From Paracoccaceae bacterium (GTDB lineage Bacteria > Pseudomonadota > Alphaproteobacteria > Rhodobacterales > Rhodobacteraceae): a stretch of 44,455 nucleotides of DNA. Under the pieces are notes generated by a model. The model was not told where the DNA came from. It was given only the letters and a program-made list of their open reading frames with translations, and made no database searches. The translations under genes and the position numbers were made by a program. Location: contig JBKHDP010000001.1 in NCBI GenBank assembly GCA_046541255.1, forward strand, positions 1 to 44,455. Reading direction: 5' to 3'. Of this stretch, positions 17,231 through 27,351 are shown one piece after another. The first letter of the stretch is position 1. Every line of letters begins with the position of its first letter.

Positions 17231-18718
17231 ATGAGACAGACTTTCGTGAAACTGACCTTGGCAAGCGCGGTGGCGCTGGCCGCGGGGCTGGGCAGCGCAC
17301 AGGCGCAGCAGACCGACATCACCGTGGGGATGCAGCTGGAACCACCGCATCTGGACCCGACCAGTGCCGCGGCGGGCGCCATCGACAACGTGGTGTATTC
17401 CAACATCTTCGAGGGGCTGACCCGTTTCACCGAAACCGGCGAAATCATGCCCGGGCTGGCCGAAAGCTGGGAAATCTCCGAGGACGGGCTGACCTATACC
17501 TTCACGCTCCGGGACGGCGTGAGCTTCCATGACGGCTCCGCGATGGACGCAGAGGATGTGAAGTTCAGCCTCGACCGCGCGCGCGCCGAGGACAGCACGA
17601 ACGCGCAGAAGGCGCTCTTTGCCGCGATCGACGCGGTCGAGGTGGTGGACCCGCTGACCGTGCGGGTGACGCTGACGCAGCCCGACGGCATGTTCCTGTT
17701 CAACATGGCCTGGGGCGATGCGGTGATCGTGGCGCCCGAGTCGATCGAGGACATCAAGTCCAACCCCGTGGGCACCGGCGCCTTCCGCTTCGTCGACTGG
17801 GCACAGGGCGACCGGATCGAGATCGAGCGCAACCCCGATTACTGGGGCGAGCCGGCGAAGCTGGAACGCGCCACCTTCAAGTTCATCTCGGACCCGACAG
17901 CCGCCTTCGCGGCGATGATGGCCGAGGATATCGACGCCTTCCAGGCCTTCCCCGCGCCCGAGAACCTGCCCCAGTTCGAGGCCGATCCGCGCTTCAAGGT
18001 GCTGATCGGCTCGACCGAGGGCGAAACGATCCTGTCCACCAACAACAAGCAGGAACCGTTCGACGACGTGCGGGTGCGCAAGGCGTTGGCGCATGCGATC
18101 GACCGGCAGGCAATCATCGACGGCGCGATGTTCGGCTATGGCACGCCGATCGGCACGCATTTCGCGCCGCATCATCCGGCCTATCTCGACCTCACCGAGA
18201 ATTCCGCCCACGATCCGGAGCTCGCGCGCGAATTGCTGGCCGAGGCCGGTTACCCGGACGGGTTCACCACCACGCTGAAACTGCCGCCGCCCTCCTACGC
18301 GCGGCGCGGCGGCGAGATCGTCGCGTCACAGCTGCGCGCGGTGGGGATCGAGACCGAGATCACCAACCTGGAATGGGCGCAATGGCTGGAGCAGGTGTTC
18401 AACGGCAAGGATTTCGGCCTGACCATCGTGAGCCATACCGAACCGATGGATATCGGCATCTACGCCCGGCCGGATTACTACTTCCAGTATGACAATCCCG
18501 ATCTGCAGACGGTGATGGAAGAGCTGAACGCCACCACGGACCAGGATCAGCGCACCGAATTGCTGCAGCGCGCCCAGACGATCATCGCCGAGGACTATGT
18601 GAACGGGTACCTGTTCCAGCTGGCCGCCACCTCCGTGGCGCGGACCGAGGTCGAGGGGCTCTGGGCCAATGCGCCCACCCAGGCAATCGACCTGACCGGG
18701 GTTTACTGGCAGCAGTGA
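17231..18718 (+). CDS. peptide/nickel-type (family 5) ABC transporter substrate-binding protein
   Basis: Signal peptide ending AQA, LEPPHLDP, PGLAESWEISEDGLTYTFTLRDGVSFHDG, PVGTGAF, VRKALAHAIDR. Confidence 0.95.
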   Translation: MRQTFVKLTLASAVALAAGLGSAQAQQTDITVGMQLEPPHLDPTSAAAGAIDNVVYSNIFEGLTRFTETGEIMPGLAESWEISEDGLTYTFTLRDGVSFHDGSAMDAEDVKFSLDRARAEDSTNAQKALFAAIDAVEVVDPLTVRVTLTQPDGMFLFNMAWGDAVIVAPESIEDIKSNPVGTGAFRFVDWAQGDRIEIERNPDYWGEPAKLERATFKFISDPTAAFAAMMAEDIDAFQAFPAPENLPQFEADPRFKVLIGSTEGETILSTNNKQEPFDDVRVRKALAHAIDRQAIIDGAMFGYGTPIGTHFAPHHPAYLDLTENSAHDPELARELLAEAGYPDGFTTTLKLPPPSYARRGGEIVASQLRAVGIETEITNLEWAQWLEQVFNGKDFGLTIVSHTEPMDIGIYARPDYYFQYDNPDLQTVMEELNATTDQDQRTELLQRAQTIIAEDYVNGYLFQLAATSVARTEVEGLWANAPTQAIDLTGVYWQQ

Positions 18719-18902
18719 GCTACCCGGCGCCCGGGCGGGTCGTGACCGACACCGACGCGCCCCGGGCCCGGCTTGGTCGGACCTACCGACCCGCGGAGGT
18801 GCTGCGCCCGATTGTCGCGGCGCCGAATGCCAAGGCGGCGGGCGGCTTCGCCCCCGCATTCGACCGCTGGACCTCCCCGGACGGGCGGCCTAACGTCGCG
18901 CC

Positions 18903-19850
18903 ATGTTTCGATATACGCTCAAGCGCGCCCTGTCGCTGACCCTAAGCCTTGCCATCGCCTCGCTGGTGATCTTCCTCGTCATCGAGGTGGCGCCGGGCGA
19001 TCCGGCCAGCTTCATGCTGGGGATCAACGCCCAGCCCGACACGGTGGCCGCGCTGCGGGCAGAACTGGGGCTCGACCTGCCCAAATGGCAGCGTTACCTC
19101 GATTGGGTGGGCGGCATGCTGGTCGGCGATTTCGGCACCTCCTACACATATCGGGCGCCGGTTTCCGAAATGATCGCGGAACGGCTGCAGGTGTCGCTGC
19201 CTCTGGCGCTTTATGCGCTGACCCTGTCCACCGCGATCGCGCTGCCCGCCGGGATATACGCCGCGGCACGGCGCGGCGCGCCCGGCGATCTGGCGGTGAT
19301 GGGGGCCACCCAGCTTGGCGTGGCGGTGCCGAATTTCTGGTTTGCCATGCTGCTGGTATTGCTGTTTTCCATCAAGCTGCGCTGGTTCGGCGCGGGCGGC
19401 TTTCCCGGCTGGGAAGACGGTTTCGCGGCCGGCATGAAGGCACTGACCCTGCCGGCGGTGGCGCTGGCACTGCCGCAGGCGGCGATCCTGGCGCGGGTCA
19501 TGCGCTCGTCGCTGATCGAGATCCTGGGCGAGGATTTCATGCGCACCGCGCGCGCCAAGGGTCTGACGCGCAGGCAGGCGCTGTGGCGGCACGGGGTGCG
19601 CAACGCGCTGATCCCGGTGCTGACGATCATGGGCCTGCAATTCGCCTTCCTGCTGGCCGGCGCGATCATCATCGAGCAGGTGTTCTACCTGCCCGGGCTG
19701 GGGCGCCTGATCTTCCAGGCAATCTCGGCGCGCGACCTGATCGTGGTTGAATCGGTGGTCATGCTGCTGGTCTTCGCGGTGATCCTGGTGAACTTCCTGG
19801 TCGATCTCGCCTACGCCGCGGTGGACCCCAGGTTGCGGAGCCGGACATGA
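18903..19850 (+). CDS. ABC transporter permease (DppB/OppB-like)
   Basis: PGDPA, GDFGTS, EAA motif RTARAKGL, AAVDPRLR. Confidence 0.95.
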   Translation: MFRYTLKRALSLTLSLAIASLVIFLVIEVAPGDPASFMLGINAQPDTVAALRAELGLDLPKWQRYLDWVGGMLVGDFGTSYTYRAPVSEMIAERLQVSLPLALYALTLSTAIALPAGIYAAARRGAPGDLAVMGATQLGVAVPNFWFAMLLVLLFSIKLRWFGAGGFPGWEDGFAAGMKALTLPAVALALPQAAILARVMRSSLIEILGEDFMRTARAKGLTRRQALWRHGVRNALIPVLTIMGLQFAFLLAGAIIIEQVFYLPGLGRLIFQAISARDLIVVESVVMLLVFAVILVNFLVDLAYAAVDPRLRSRT

Positions 19851-20680
19851 GCGCGCGTTCCCCCCTGCCCCGCAGCCTGCCGCTGGGCGCGGCGCTGAGC
19901 CTGCTGTTCGTGGCGGCGGCCCTGATCTCGTTCCTGTGGACACCCCATGACGTGACCGCGATGAACATCCCCGGCAAGCTGCAACTGCCCTCGGGCACGC
20001 ATTGGCTGGGCACCGACCATTTCGGACGCGACATCCTGTCGATGATCATGGTGGGCGCACGCACCTCCATCGCGGTGGCGCTGCTGGCGGTGGGGATCGG
20101 CATGGCGCTGGGCGTCCCGCTGGGGCTGGCCGCCGCCGCCCGCCGGGGGGGCTGGCTCGACGAGATCATCATGCGCGGCAACGACCTCGTCTTCGCCTTT
20201 CCCAGCCTGGTGATCGCCATTCTCATCACCGCCGTGTTCGGAGCCTCGGCGGTCAATGCGATCGTGGCCATCGGGATCTTCAACATTCCCGTCTTCGCCC
20301 GGCTGACCCGTGGCGCGGCACTCAGCCTGTGGGAGCGGGACTTCATCCTCGCCGCCCGTGTCGCCGGGAAATCCGCCACCCGCATCAGCGCCGAACACAT
20401 CCTGCCCAACGTGGCGAACCTGCTGATCGTGCAGGGCACCATCCAGTTCTCGCTGGGGATCCTGGCCGAGGCGGGGCTGAGCTATGTGGGTCTGGGCGCC
20501 CAGCCGCCGACGCCGTCCTGGGGTCGGATGCTGGCCGAAGCGCAGACCATGGTCAGCTTCGCGCCGCACCTGGCGCTGATCCCGGGCCTCGCCATCGTTC
20601 TGACGGTGCTGGGGCTGAACCTGATGGGCGACGGCCTGCGCGATCTGCTGGACCCCCGCAGCCGGATGGACCGCACATGA
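19847..20680 (+). CDS. ABC transporter permease (DppC/OppC-like)
   Basis: HWLGTDHFGRD, HILPN, GLGAQPPTPSWGRML, GDGLRDLLDP. Confidence 0.95.
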   Translation: MSARSPLPRSLPLGAALSLLFVAAALISFLWTPHDVTAMNIPGKLQLPSGTHWLGTDHFGRDILSMIMVGARTSIAVALLAVGIGMALGVPLGLAAAARRGGWLDEIIMRGNDLVFAFPSLVIAILITAVFGASAVNAIVAIGIFNIPVFARLTRGAALSLWERDFILAARVAGKSATRISAEHILPNVANLLIVQGTIQFSLGILAEAGLSYVGLGAQPPTPSWGRMLAEAQTMVSFAPHLALIPGLAIVLTVLGLNLMGDGLRDLLDPRSRMDRT

Positions 20681-22296
20681 CCCTGCTCTCGGTGGAAAGC
20701 CTGTCGCTCGATATCGGCCCGGTGCCGATCCTGCGCGACGTGTCCTTCACGATCGACCCGGGCGAGATCGTCGCCGTGACCGGAGAAAGCGGCTCGGGCA
20801 AGTCGATGACCGCGCTGGCGGTGATGCAGCTGCTGCCGCGCGGCGCGCGGGCGCGTGGCGCGGTACGGCTGGACGGGTCCGACGTGCTGGCCACCCCCGA
20901 GGCGCGGATGTGTGCCATCCGCGGCCGCGATGTGGGGATGGTGTTCCAGGAGCCGATGACCGCACTCAACCCGGTGCGCCCCATCGGCGAGCAGGTGGCC
21001 GAGACGATCCTGGTACATGAGGACGTGCCCCGTGCCGAAGCGATGGCGCGTGCCGCGCAGGTGCTGGAACGGGTGGGACTGCCGGCCGACCGCTTCCCGC
21101 TGTCGCGCTACCCGCATGAACTGTCCGGTGGGCAGCGCCAGCGCGTGGTGATCGCAATGGCCATCGCGCTGCGCCCGAAGCTGCTGATCGCGGACGAACC
21201 CACGACCGCGCTGGACGTGACAACCCAGGCCCAGATACTCGCCCTGCTGAAGGAGCTGGTACAGGATTTCGGCATGGGCCTGCTGATGATCACCCATGAC
21301 CTGGCTGTGGTGGCCGACATGGCAGACCGCATCGTCGTGATGCGCCATGGCGAGGTGGTGGAACAGGGCGAGACCGGCACGCTCTTCCGCGAGATGCGCC
21401 ACCCCTATACCCGGATGCTGTTCGAGGCCTCCGACCACCGCGTCGCCCTGCCGCCGCTGTCCGAAAGCCCGGCCCCGCTGCTGGAGGTTCGCGACGTCAG
21501 CCGCGCCTATGCCCTGCCCCGCAAGGCGCTTTTCGGCCCGAAGCAACAGTTCCGCGCGGTGCGCGATGTCAGCTTCACGCTGCAGGCGGGCGAGCGGCTG
21601 GGGCTGGTGGGGGAATCCGGCTGCGGCAAGTCCACCCTCACCCGTGCGATCCTGGGGCTCGAACAGGTTCAGGCCGGCGAGATCCTTCTCGGCGGGCGGC
21701 CGGTCTTTTCCAATCACCGTCCCGACCCGGAGGTGCGCCGCCGCATCCAGGTGGTGTTCCAGGATCCCTATGGCAGCTTCAACCCCCGCCACCGGGTGGA
21801 GCGGCTTGTCACCGAACCCTTCCATCTGCTGACCTCGCCGCCCCGCGGCGAGGCGCGCCGCCAGGCCGTGACCGAGGCGCTGGAGGCGGTGGGCCTCTCG
21901 GCCTCGGACGCCGGCAAATATATCCACGAGTTTTCCGGCGGGCAGCGCCAGCGCATCGCGATCGCCCGCGCGCTCATCATCCGGCCCGAGCTGATCGTGT
22001 TCGACGAGGCGGTCTCGGCGCTGGATGTCTCGGTGCGCGCGCAGATCCTCGACCTGATCGCGCGGCTCTCGGCGGAATACGCGCTGGCCTATCTCTTCAT
22101 CAGTCACGACCTGTCGGTGGTGCGCCGCGTCACCGACAGGGTGCTGGTGATGCAGTCCGGCCGGATCGTCGAGGAAGGCCCGACCGAACAGGTCTTCGCC
22201 ACCCCGCAACATCCCTACACGCGAAGCCTGATCGCGGCGGCCCCGATGCTGCCCGCCTTGGGCCAACAGGAGGTTACCGCCGATGCCCGCCCCTGA
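20677..22296 (+). CDS. ABC transporter ATP-binding protein with duplicated ATPase domains
   Basis: GESGSGKS and GESGCGKS Walker A, two SGGQRQR signatures, HPYT motifs; ATGA overlap with the permease. Confidence 0.95.
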   Translation: MTLLSVESLSLDIGPVPILRDVSFTIDPGEIVAVTGESGSGKSMTALAVMQLLPRGARARGAVRLDGSDVLATPEARMCAIRGRDVGMVFQEPMTALNPVRPIGEQVAETILVHEDVPRAEAMARAAQVLERVGLPADRFPLSRYPHELSGGQRQRVVIAMAIALRPKLLIADEPTTALDVTTQAQILALLKELVQDFGMGLLMITHDLAVVADMADRIVVMRHGEVVEQGETGTLFREMRHPYTRMLFEASDHRVALPPLSESPAPLLEVRDVSRAYALPRKALFGPKQQFRAVRDVSFTLQAGERLGLVGESGCGKSTLTRAILGLEQVQAGEILLGGRPVFSNHRPDPEVRRRIQVVFQDPYGSFNPRHRVERLVTEPFHLLTSPPRGEARRQAVTEALEAVGLSASDAGKYIHEFSGGQRQRIAIARALIIRPELIVFDEAVSALDVSVRAQILDLIARLSAEYALAYLFISHDLSVVRRVTDRVLVMQSGRIVEEGPTEQVFATPQHPYTRSLIAAAPMLPALGQQEVTADARP

Positions 22297-23737
22297 ACTC
22301 TGGTTCGACCCGTCCCGCTGCCTGATCGGCGGGGCCTGGGTGCCCCCTGCCTCCGGCGAGACGCTGCCGCTTTACGATCCCTCCGACGCCACGCCGCTGG
22401 CCGAAATCGCCCGGGGCGGCGCCGCGGATGTGGACGCCGCCGTCGCCGCTGCCCGGGCCGCGCTGGAGGGCGACTGGGGCCGGTCCACGGCGGCCGAACG
22501 CGGGCGCGTCCTGGCGCGTCTGGGCCGGCTGGTCGAGGACCATGCCGACACCCTGGCGCTGCTGGAAGCACGCGACGTGGGCAAGCCGCTGAAACAGGCC
22601 CGTGCCGACGCGCTGGCGCTGGCACGCTATTGCGAGTTCTACGCCGGCGCGGCGGACAAGCTGCACGGGCAGACCATCCCCTATCTTGACGGCTATACCG
22701 TCTACACGATCCGCGAGCCGCACGGCGTGACGGCGCATATCGTGCCCTGGAACTACCCGATGCAGATCATCGGTCGCTCGGTCGGCGCCGCACTGGCCAC
22801 GGGCAATGCCTGCGTTCTGAAACCGGCCGAGGAGGCCTGTCTGACCGCGCTGGCCTTCGCCGATCTCGCGCGGCAGGCCGGGCTGCCCGAGGGCGCGCTC
22901 AACGTCGTGCCGGGGCTGGGGGCAGAGGCCGGCGCCGCCCTCGCCGAACATCCGGGCGTGAACCACATCAGCTTTACCGGCTCGGTCGCCACCGGCGGTC
23001 TGATCCAGGCCGCGGCGGCGCGCAACGTGGTGCCGGTGACACTGGAACTCGGCGGCAAGTCGCCGCAGATCGTCTTCGACGACGCCGATGCCGAGGCCGC
23101 GCTGCCCTTCCTCGTCAACGCCGGCGTCCAGAACGCCGGCCAGACCTGCTCCGCGGCGTCGCGCATCCTGGTGCAGCGCGGGCTCTACGACCGGATCCGC
23201 GACGCGATGGCCGCGCGTTACCGCGCCCTGCGTGCCGGGCCCGCGCTGGAGGACATGGAACTGGGCCCGCTGATTTCCGCCCGGCAGAAGGGCATCGTCG
23301 AGGGCTATCTCGCGAAGGGCGCGGATCTTGCGGTGGCCGCCACCGGCCAGGTGCTGGGCAACGCGCCCGCGGGCGGGCATTACCTCGCTCCCACCCTCTT
23401 CGCCGAGGTGCCGCCCGCCCATCCTCTGGCGCAGGAAGAAGTGTTCGGCCCGGTCCAGGCTCTGATCCCCTTCGAGGACGAGAGCGAGGCGCTCGCCATC
23501 GCCAACGGCACCGGATACGGGCTGGTCGCCGGGATCTGGACCCGCGACGGCGCGCGCCAGATGCGGCTGGCCCGAAAGCTGCGGGCCGGACAGGTCTTCA
23601 TCAACAATTATGGCGCCGGCGGCGGGGTGGAACTGCCCTTCGGCGGCACGGGAAAATCGGGGCACGGCCGCGAAAAGGGCTTCGAGGCGCTCTACGGCTT
23701 CACCACGCTCAAGACGGTGGCGGCACTGCACGGCTAG
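22283..23737 (+). CDS. aldehyde dehydrogenase
   Basis: IVPWNYP, LKPAE, FTGS, LELGGKSP, NAGQTC, EEVFGPV, PFGG. Confidence 0.95.
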   Translation: MPAPELWFDPSRCLIGGAWVPPASGETLPLYDPSDATPLAEIARGGAADVDAAVAAARAALEGDWGRSTAAERGRVLARLGRLVEDHADTLALLEARDVGKPLKQARADALALARYCEFYAGAADKLHGQTIPYLDGYTVYTIREPHGVTAHIVPWNYPMQIIGRSVGAALATGNACVLKPAEEACLTALAFADLARQAGLPEGALNVVPGLGAEAGAALAEHPGVNHISFTGSVATGGLIQAAAARNVVPVTLELGGKSPQIVFDDADAEAALPFLVNAGVQNAGQTCSAASRILVQRGLYDRIRDAMAARYRALRAGPALEDMELGPLISARQKGIVEGYLAKGADLAVAATGQVLGNAPAGGHYLAPTLFAEVPPAHPLAQEEVFGPVQALIPFEDESEALAIANGTGYGLVAGIWTRDGARQMRLARKLRAGQVFINNYGAGGGVELPFGGTGKSGHGREKGFEALYGFTTLKTVAALHG

Positions 23738-23751
23738 GCGCGCCGGCGCGG

Positions 23752-24357
23752 TCACCCGGGCGGCAGCCGCCCCTCCCGGGCCCAGGCCAGCGCGTCTTCC
23801 AGCCGGTCATCGCCCCAGAACAGCTCGGACCCAACGGTGAAACTCGGCACGCCGAAAAGCCCGGCCGCCTCGGCCGCCTCGGTCTCCGCCGCGAGCGCCT
23901 GCGCGATCTCGGGCGCCTCGGCCCGGGCCATCACCGCCGCCGCGTCGAGGCCCAGCGCCTCCAGCGCCATGGGCAGCGCGGGCGCCTCGCCCGGCGGCCG
24001 GCCCTGTTCGAACCAGAGCCGGTAGGCACCCCGGATGTAGTCCTGGCCCCAGCCCTCCCGCAGGCCCAGCAGCGCCACCCGGTTGGCCCGCGCCAGGTCG
24101 GCGATCGGATAGGGCGCGGGCAGCTGCGGCGAAAGGCCCCGTGCCACGGCGCGCCGGCCGATATCGCGCCACATATGGGCCAGCTTGGCCGGCTTGTCGG
24201 CGAAGGGGATGTTCTTCTGCCGCACCAGCAGCGACCGCACGTCGAACACCCGCCAGCGCACCGGGACGCCCGCGGCTTTCGCCGCGTCCTCCACCCGCAT
24301 CACCGCAAGATAGCTGTAGGTGCTCCCGATCGAGACCCAGAAATCCACGCTCCGCAT
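23752..24357 (-). CDS. 2-hydroxychromene-2-carboxylate isomerase / GST-kappa (DsbA-like) family protein
   Basis: DFWVSIGSTYSYL, KLAHMWRDIGR, GLFGVPSF.VG.ELFWGDDRL. Confidence 0.88.
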   Translation of the reverse strand: MRSVDFWVSIGSTYSYLAVMRVEDAAKAAGVPVRWRVFDVRSLLVRQKNIPFADKPAKLAHMWRDIGRRAVARGLSPQLPAPYPIADLARANRVALLGLREGWGQDYIRGAYRLWFEQGRPPGEAPALPMALEALGLDAAAVMARAEAPEIAQALAAETEAAEAAGLFGVPSFTVGSELFWGDDRLEDALAWAREGRLPPG

Positions 24358-24418
24358 CCGACCCTCCCTTGCGCCCGTCCCCTTTTTGGGCAGTCTAGCG
24401 CAAAACGGAGGAATACGC

Positions 24419-25165
24419 ATGAGACTTGCAGGCAAGACGGCCATCGTCACCGGCGGCGCCTCGGGCTTCGGCGCGGGGATCGTCCGCGCCTTCGCCGATC
24501 AGGGTGCCCGGGTGATGATCGCGGATCTGAACGGCGACGGCGCGGCAAAGCTGGCGGGCGAACTGGGAGAGGCCACGCTCGCCCGTCAGGTCGACGTCGC
24601 CGACGGCGCCTCGGTGGACGCCATGGCCGAGGCGGCGCTGGCGGCCTTCGGACAGGTGGACATCCTGGTCAACAACGCCGGCACCACCCATCTGCCCGCC
24701 CCGATGGAAACCGTGTCGGAGCAGGATTTCGACCGCGTCTTCGCGGTCAACTGCAAGCAGGTCTATCTGACCGCGCGGGCCCTTGTCCCGCAGATGAAGG
24801 CGCGCGGTGCCGGCGCCATTCTCAACATGGCCTCGACCGCCGGCGTGTCGCCAAGGCCCAATCTCAACTGGTACAACGCCTCGAAGGGCTGGATGAACAC
24901 CGCCACCCGCGCGATGGCGGTGGAACTTGCCCCGTTCGGAATTCGGGTCAACGCGCTCAACCCGGTGGCGGGCGAGACCCCGCTGCTCAAGAGCTTCATG
25001 GGCGAGGACACGCCCGAGAGGCGCGCGCAATTCCTCTCCACCATCCCGCTGGGCCGGTTCTCGACCCCGCAGGACATGGGCAATGCCGCGCTCTATCTCT
25101 GCTCGGATGAGGCGGGCATGGTCACGGGCGTCTGCATGGAAGTGGATGGCGGGCGATGCATCTGA
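24419..25165 (+). CDS. short-chain dehydrogenase/reductase (FabG-like)
   Basis: TGGASGFG, NNAG, YNASK, IRVNALNPVAGETPLL. Confidence 0.93.
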   Translation: MRLAGKTAIVTGGASGFGAGIVRAFADQGARVMIADLNGDGAAKLAGELGEATLARQVDVADGASVDAMAEAALAAFGQVDILVNNAGTTHLPAPMETVSEQDFDRVFAVNCKQVYLTARALVPQMKARGAGAILNMASTAGVSPRPNLNWYNASKGWMNTATRAMAVELAPFGIRVNALNPVAGETPLLKSFMGEDTPERRAQFLSTIPLGRFSTPQDMGNAALYLCSDEAGMVTGVCMEVDGGRCI

Positions 25166-25260
25166 CCTTCTTCTTGGAAAAAATATCCCCGCCGGAGGCC
25201 CCGGCGCCGCGCAGCGGCGCCGACGAAACGGCGTGCGGGCGAAGCCCGCTCCGAAGGCTG
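25164..25260 (+). repeat. intergenic REP-like element, copy 1
   Basis: GACCTTCTTCTTGGAAAAAATATCC followed by GC hairpins; 22/25 identical to 42069-42093; also shares GAAACGGCGT and GCGCAGCG. Confidence 0.7.
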
Positions 25261-25265
25261 AATTG

Positions 25266-26273
25266 ATGCAGCCCGGACCCCGCAATCTGATCACCGACGT
25301 GGCAGGCCTGCGCGTCGGCAACGCCGTGGACGACAAGGTCAAGTCCGGCGTCACGGTGCTCACCGCGGACGCTCCCTTTACCGCCTCGGTGCATGTGATG
25401 GGCGGCGCGCCCGGCACCCGCGAGACCGATCTGCTGGCGCCCGATCGCAGCGTCGAGGCGGTGGATGCGCTGGTTCTGGGGGGAGGCTCGGCCTTCGGGC
25501 TCGATGCGGCCTCCGGCGTGATGGAGGGGCTGCGCGCCGCCGGGCGCGGCTTCGCCATCGGCCCGGCGCGGGTGCCGATCGTGCCCGGCGCGATCCTGTT
25601 CGACATGCTCAATGGCGGCGACAAGGGCTGGCAGACCAATCCCTACCCCGCGCTGGGCCGCGCCGCGCTGGAGGCGGCCGCCCCCGATTTCGCCCTCGGA
25701 ACCGCGGGCGCGGGATCTGGCGCGCTGACCGCGATGCTGAAGGGCGGGCTGGGTTCGGCCTCGCTGGTGCTGGGCTCGGGCGTCACCGTCGGCGCGCTGG
25801 TGGCGGCCAACCCGGTGGGCAGCGTCACCACCCCCGGAGAGCGCCATTTCTGGGCCGCGCCATTCGAGATCGGCGACGAGTTCGGCGGGCTCGGGCCGGA
25901 CCCGGCAAGCGGGCTGGGGCGGCGGCTGGAAAGCCGCAAGCACGCGGCTTTCGCGGCGCAGGCCAACACCACGATCGCCATCGTCGCCACCGATGCCGCG
26001 CTGAGCAAGGCGCAGGCGCATCGGGTGGCGGTTGCCGCCCATGACGGGATCGCCCGCGCCGCGGTGCCTGCGCACACTCCGCATGACGGCGACCTCGTAT
26101 TCTCGGTCTCCACCGGGGCGCGCGCGCTCTGGGCGCCGGATCAGGAATTGCTCGAGATCGGCCATGCCGCGGCGCTCTGCCTCGCGCGGGCCATCGCGCG
26201 GGGGGTCTATCTCGCGCGGCCCGCGCCGGGCGATCTTCTGCCCTGCTGGGCCGAAGCGAATGGCGCGATCTGA
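25266..26273 (+). CDS. P1/S58 family (DmpA-like) self-processing peptidase/amidase
   Basis: ITDVAGLRVG, GGAPGTRETDLL, GGSAFGL, KGGLGSAS, ANTTIAIVATDA (Asn-Thr cleavage site), PAHTPHDGD. Confidence 0.9.
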   Translation: MQPGPRNLITDVAGLRVGNAVDDKVKSGVTVLTADAPFTASVHVMGGAPGTRETDLLAPDRSVEAVDALVLGGGSAFGLDAASGVMEGLRAAGRGFAIGPARVPIVPGAILFDMLNGGDKGWQTNPYPALGRAALEAAAPDFALGTAGAGSGALTAMLKGGLGSASLVLGSGVTVGALVAANPVGSVTTPGERHFWAAPFEIGDEFGGLGPDPASGLGRRLESRKHAAFAAQANTTIAIVATDAALSKAQAHRVAVAAHDGIARAAVPAHTPHDGDLVFSVSTGARALWAPDQELLEIGHAAALCLARAIARGVYLARPAPGDLLPCWAEANGAI

Positions 26274-27076
26274 TGCCCGAGCTCGACCTGCCGGACCTGC
26301 GCCTGCATTACGAGGACGAGGGCACCGGCCCGCCGCTTCTGATGCTGGCCGGCATGATGAGCGACGGCGCAAGCTGGACTCCGCTGGTCGCGCCGCTGGC
26401 GCCGCATGCCCGGCTGATTCGCCCCGACAACCGCAGCACCGGGCGCACGCGACCGCTCGAGGCGCCGGTCTCGGTCGAGGCGATCGCCGCCGATGCGCTG
26501 GCGCTGCTGGATGCGCTCGGGATCGAGCGGGCGCGGATTCTGGGCCATTCGATGGGCGGGATGGTGGCGCTGCAGCTTGCCGCCCAGGCGCCCGACCGGG
26601 TGGCCGAACTGGCGCTGCTGGCCAGCGCGCCGGTGCGCTCGGCGCGCAACCTGCATCTTTTTCGCAGCCTGCTTGCCCTGCGGGCGGACGGGATGCCCCC
26701 CGATCTGTGGCTGCGCGCGCTGTTTCCCTGGCTCTTCCACGCCGCCGCCTTCGACGCGCCTGAGGCGATCGAGGCGGGCATCCGCGCGGGGATCGACTAT
26801 CCCCACGCGCAGCCGCCCGGCGCCATGGCCCGCCAGGTCGAGGCGCTGGAGCGATTCGCTCCGGAGGGGCTTGCGGCACGGGTCCGGGCGCCGGTTCTGG
26901 CGCTGCTCGCCCGGGATGACCTGCTGATCCCCGAGCCCGAGGCCCGCGCCGCGCTGGCCCCGCTGTCCGATCTGCGGGTCGAAACGATTCCGCGGGCCGG
27001 TCATTCGGTGCATTGGGACCGGCCCGACGCGGTGGCCGCGCATTTGCTGCGCTGGCTGGGCGTCTCCGCGCCTTGA
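26273..27076 (+). CDS. alpha/beta fold hydrolase
   Basis: DNRSTGR, nucleophile GHSMGG, acid D in RDDLL, GHSVH. Confidence 0.92.
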   Translation: MPELDLPDLRLHYEDEGTGPPLLMLAGMMSDGASWTPLVAPLAPHARLIRPDNRSTGRTRPLEAPVSVEAIAADALALLDALGIERARILGHSMGGMVALQLAAQAPDRVAELALLASAPVRSARNLHLFRSLLALRADGMPPDLWLRALFPWLFHAAAFDAPEAIEAGIRAGIDYPHAQPPGAMARQVEALERFAPEGLAARVRAPVLALLARDDLLIPEPEARAALAPLSDLRVETIPRAGHSVHWDRPDAVAAHLLRWLGVSAP

Positions 27077-27107
27077 CCCGGATGTCACGGAAACAAGCCG
27101 GCGCCCG

Positions 27108-27350
27108 CTACCGGCGCTTGCGCCAATGGGTGGGCACGATGACCAGCGCACCGATCGAACTGAGGATCGCATCCACCCCCGGCGCGCCGATCCGGATGCC
27201 GAACATGATCCGAACGAAATAGAACAGAAAGGCGCCGCCAATGCAGATGATGACGCTCTGCAGGATGCCGTTTCGAGTGAACCCCGTCTTTTCGGACAGG
27301 TAGCCCACGATCCCGGCGATCACCACCGTGCCGATCAGGGTCGGAAACAT
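27108..27350 (-). CDS. small membrane protein, GlsB/YeaQ/YmgE (transglycosylase-associated)-like
   Basis: 80 aa, 3 TM (IAGIVGYL..., IICIGGAFL); starts immediately after the fmt stop. Confidence 0.7.
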   Translation of the reverse strand: MFPTLIGTVVIAGIVGYLSEKTGFTRNGILQSVIICIGGAFLFYFVRIMFGIRIGAPGVDAILSSIGALVIVPTHWRKRR

Positions 27351-27351
27351 C

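Noticed and set aside
18715-18939. 74-aa ORF or structured RNA between the SBP and permease genes
   Set aside because: No recognisable family and it overlaps the permease start; the small hairpins are consistent with ordinary post-SBP mRNA stabilisers.
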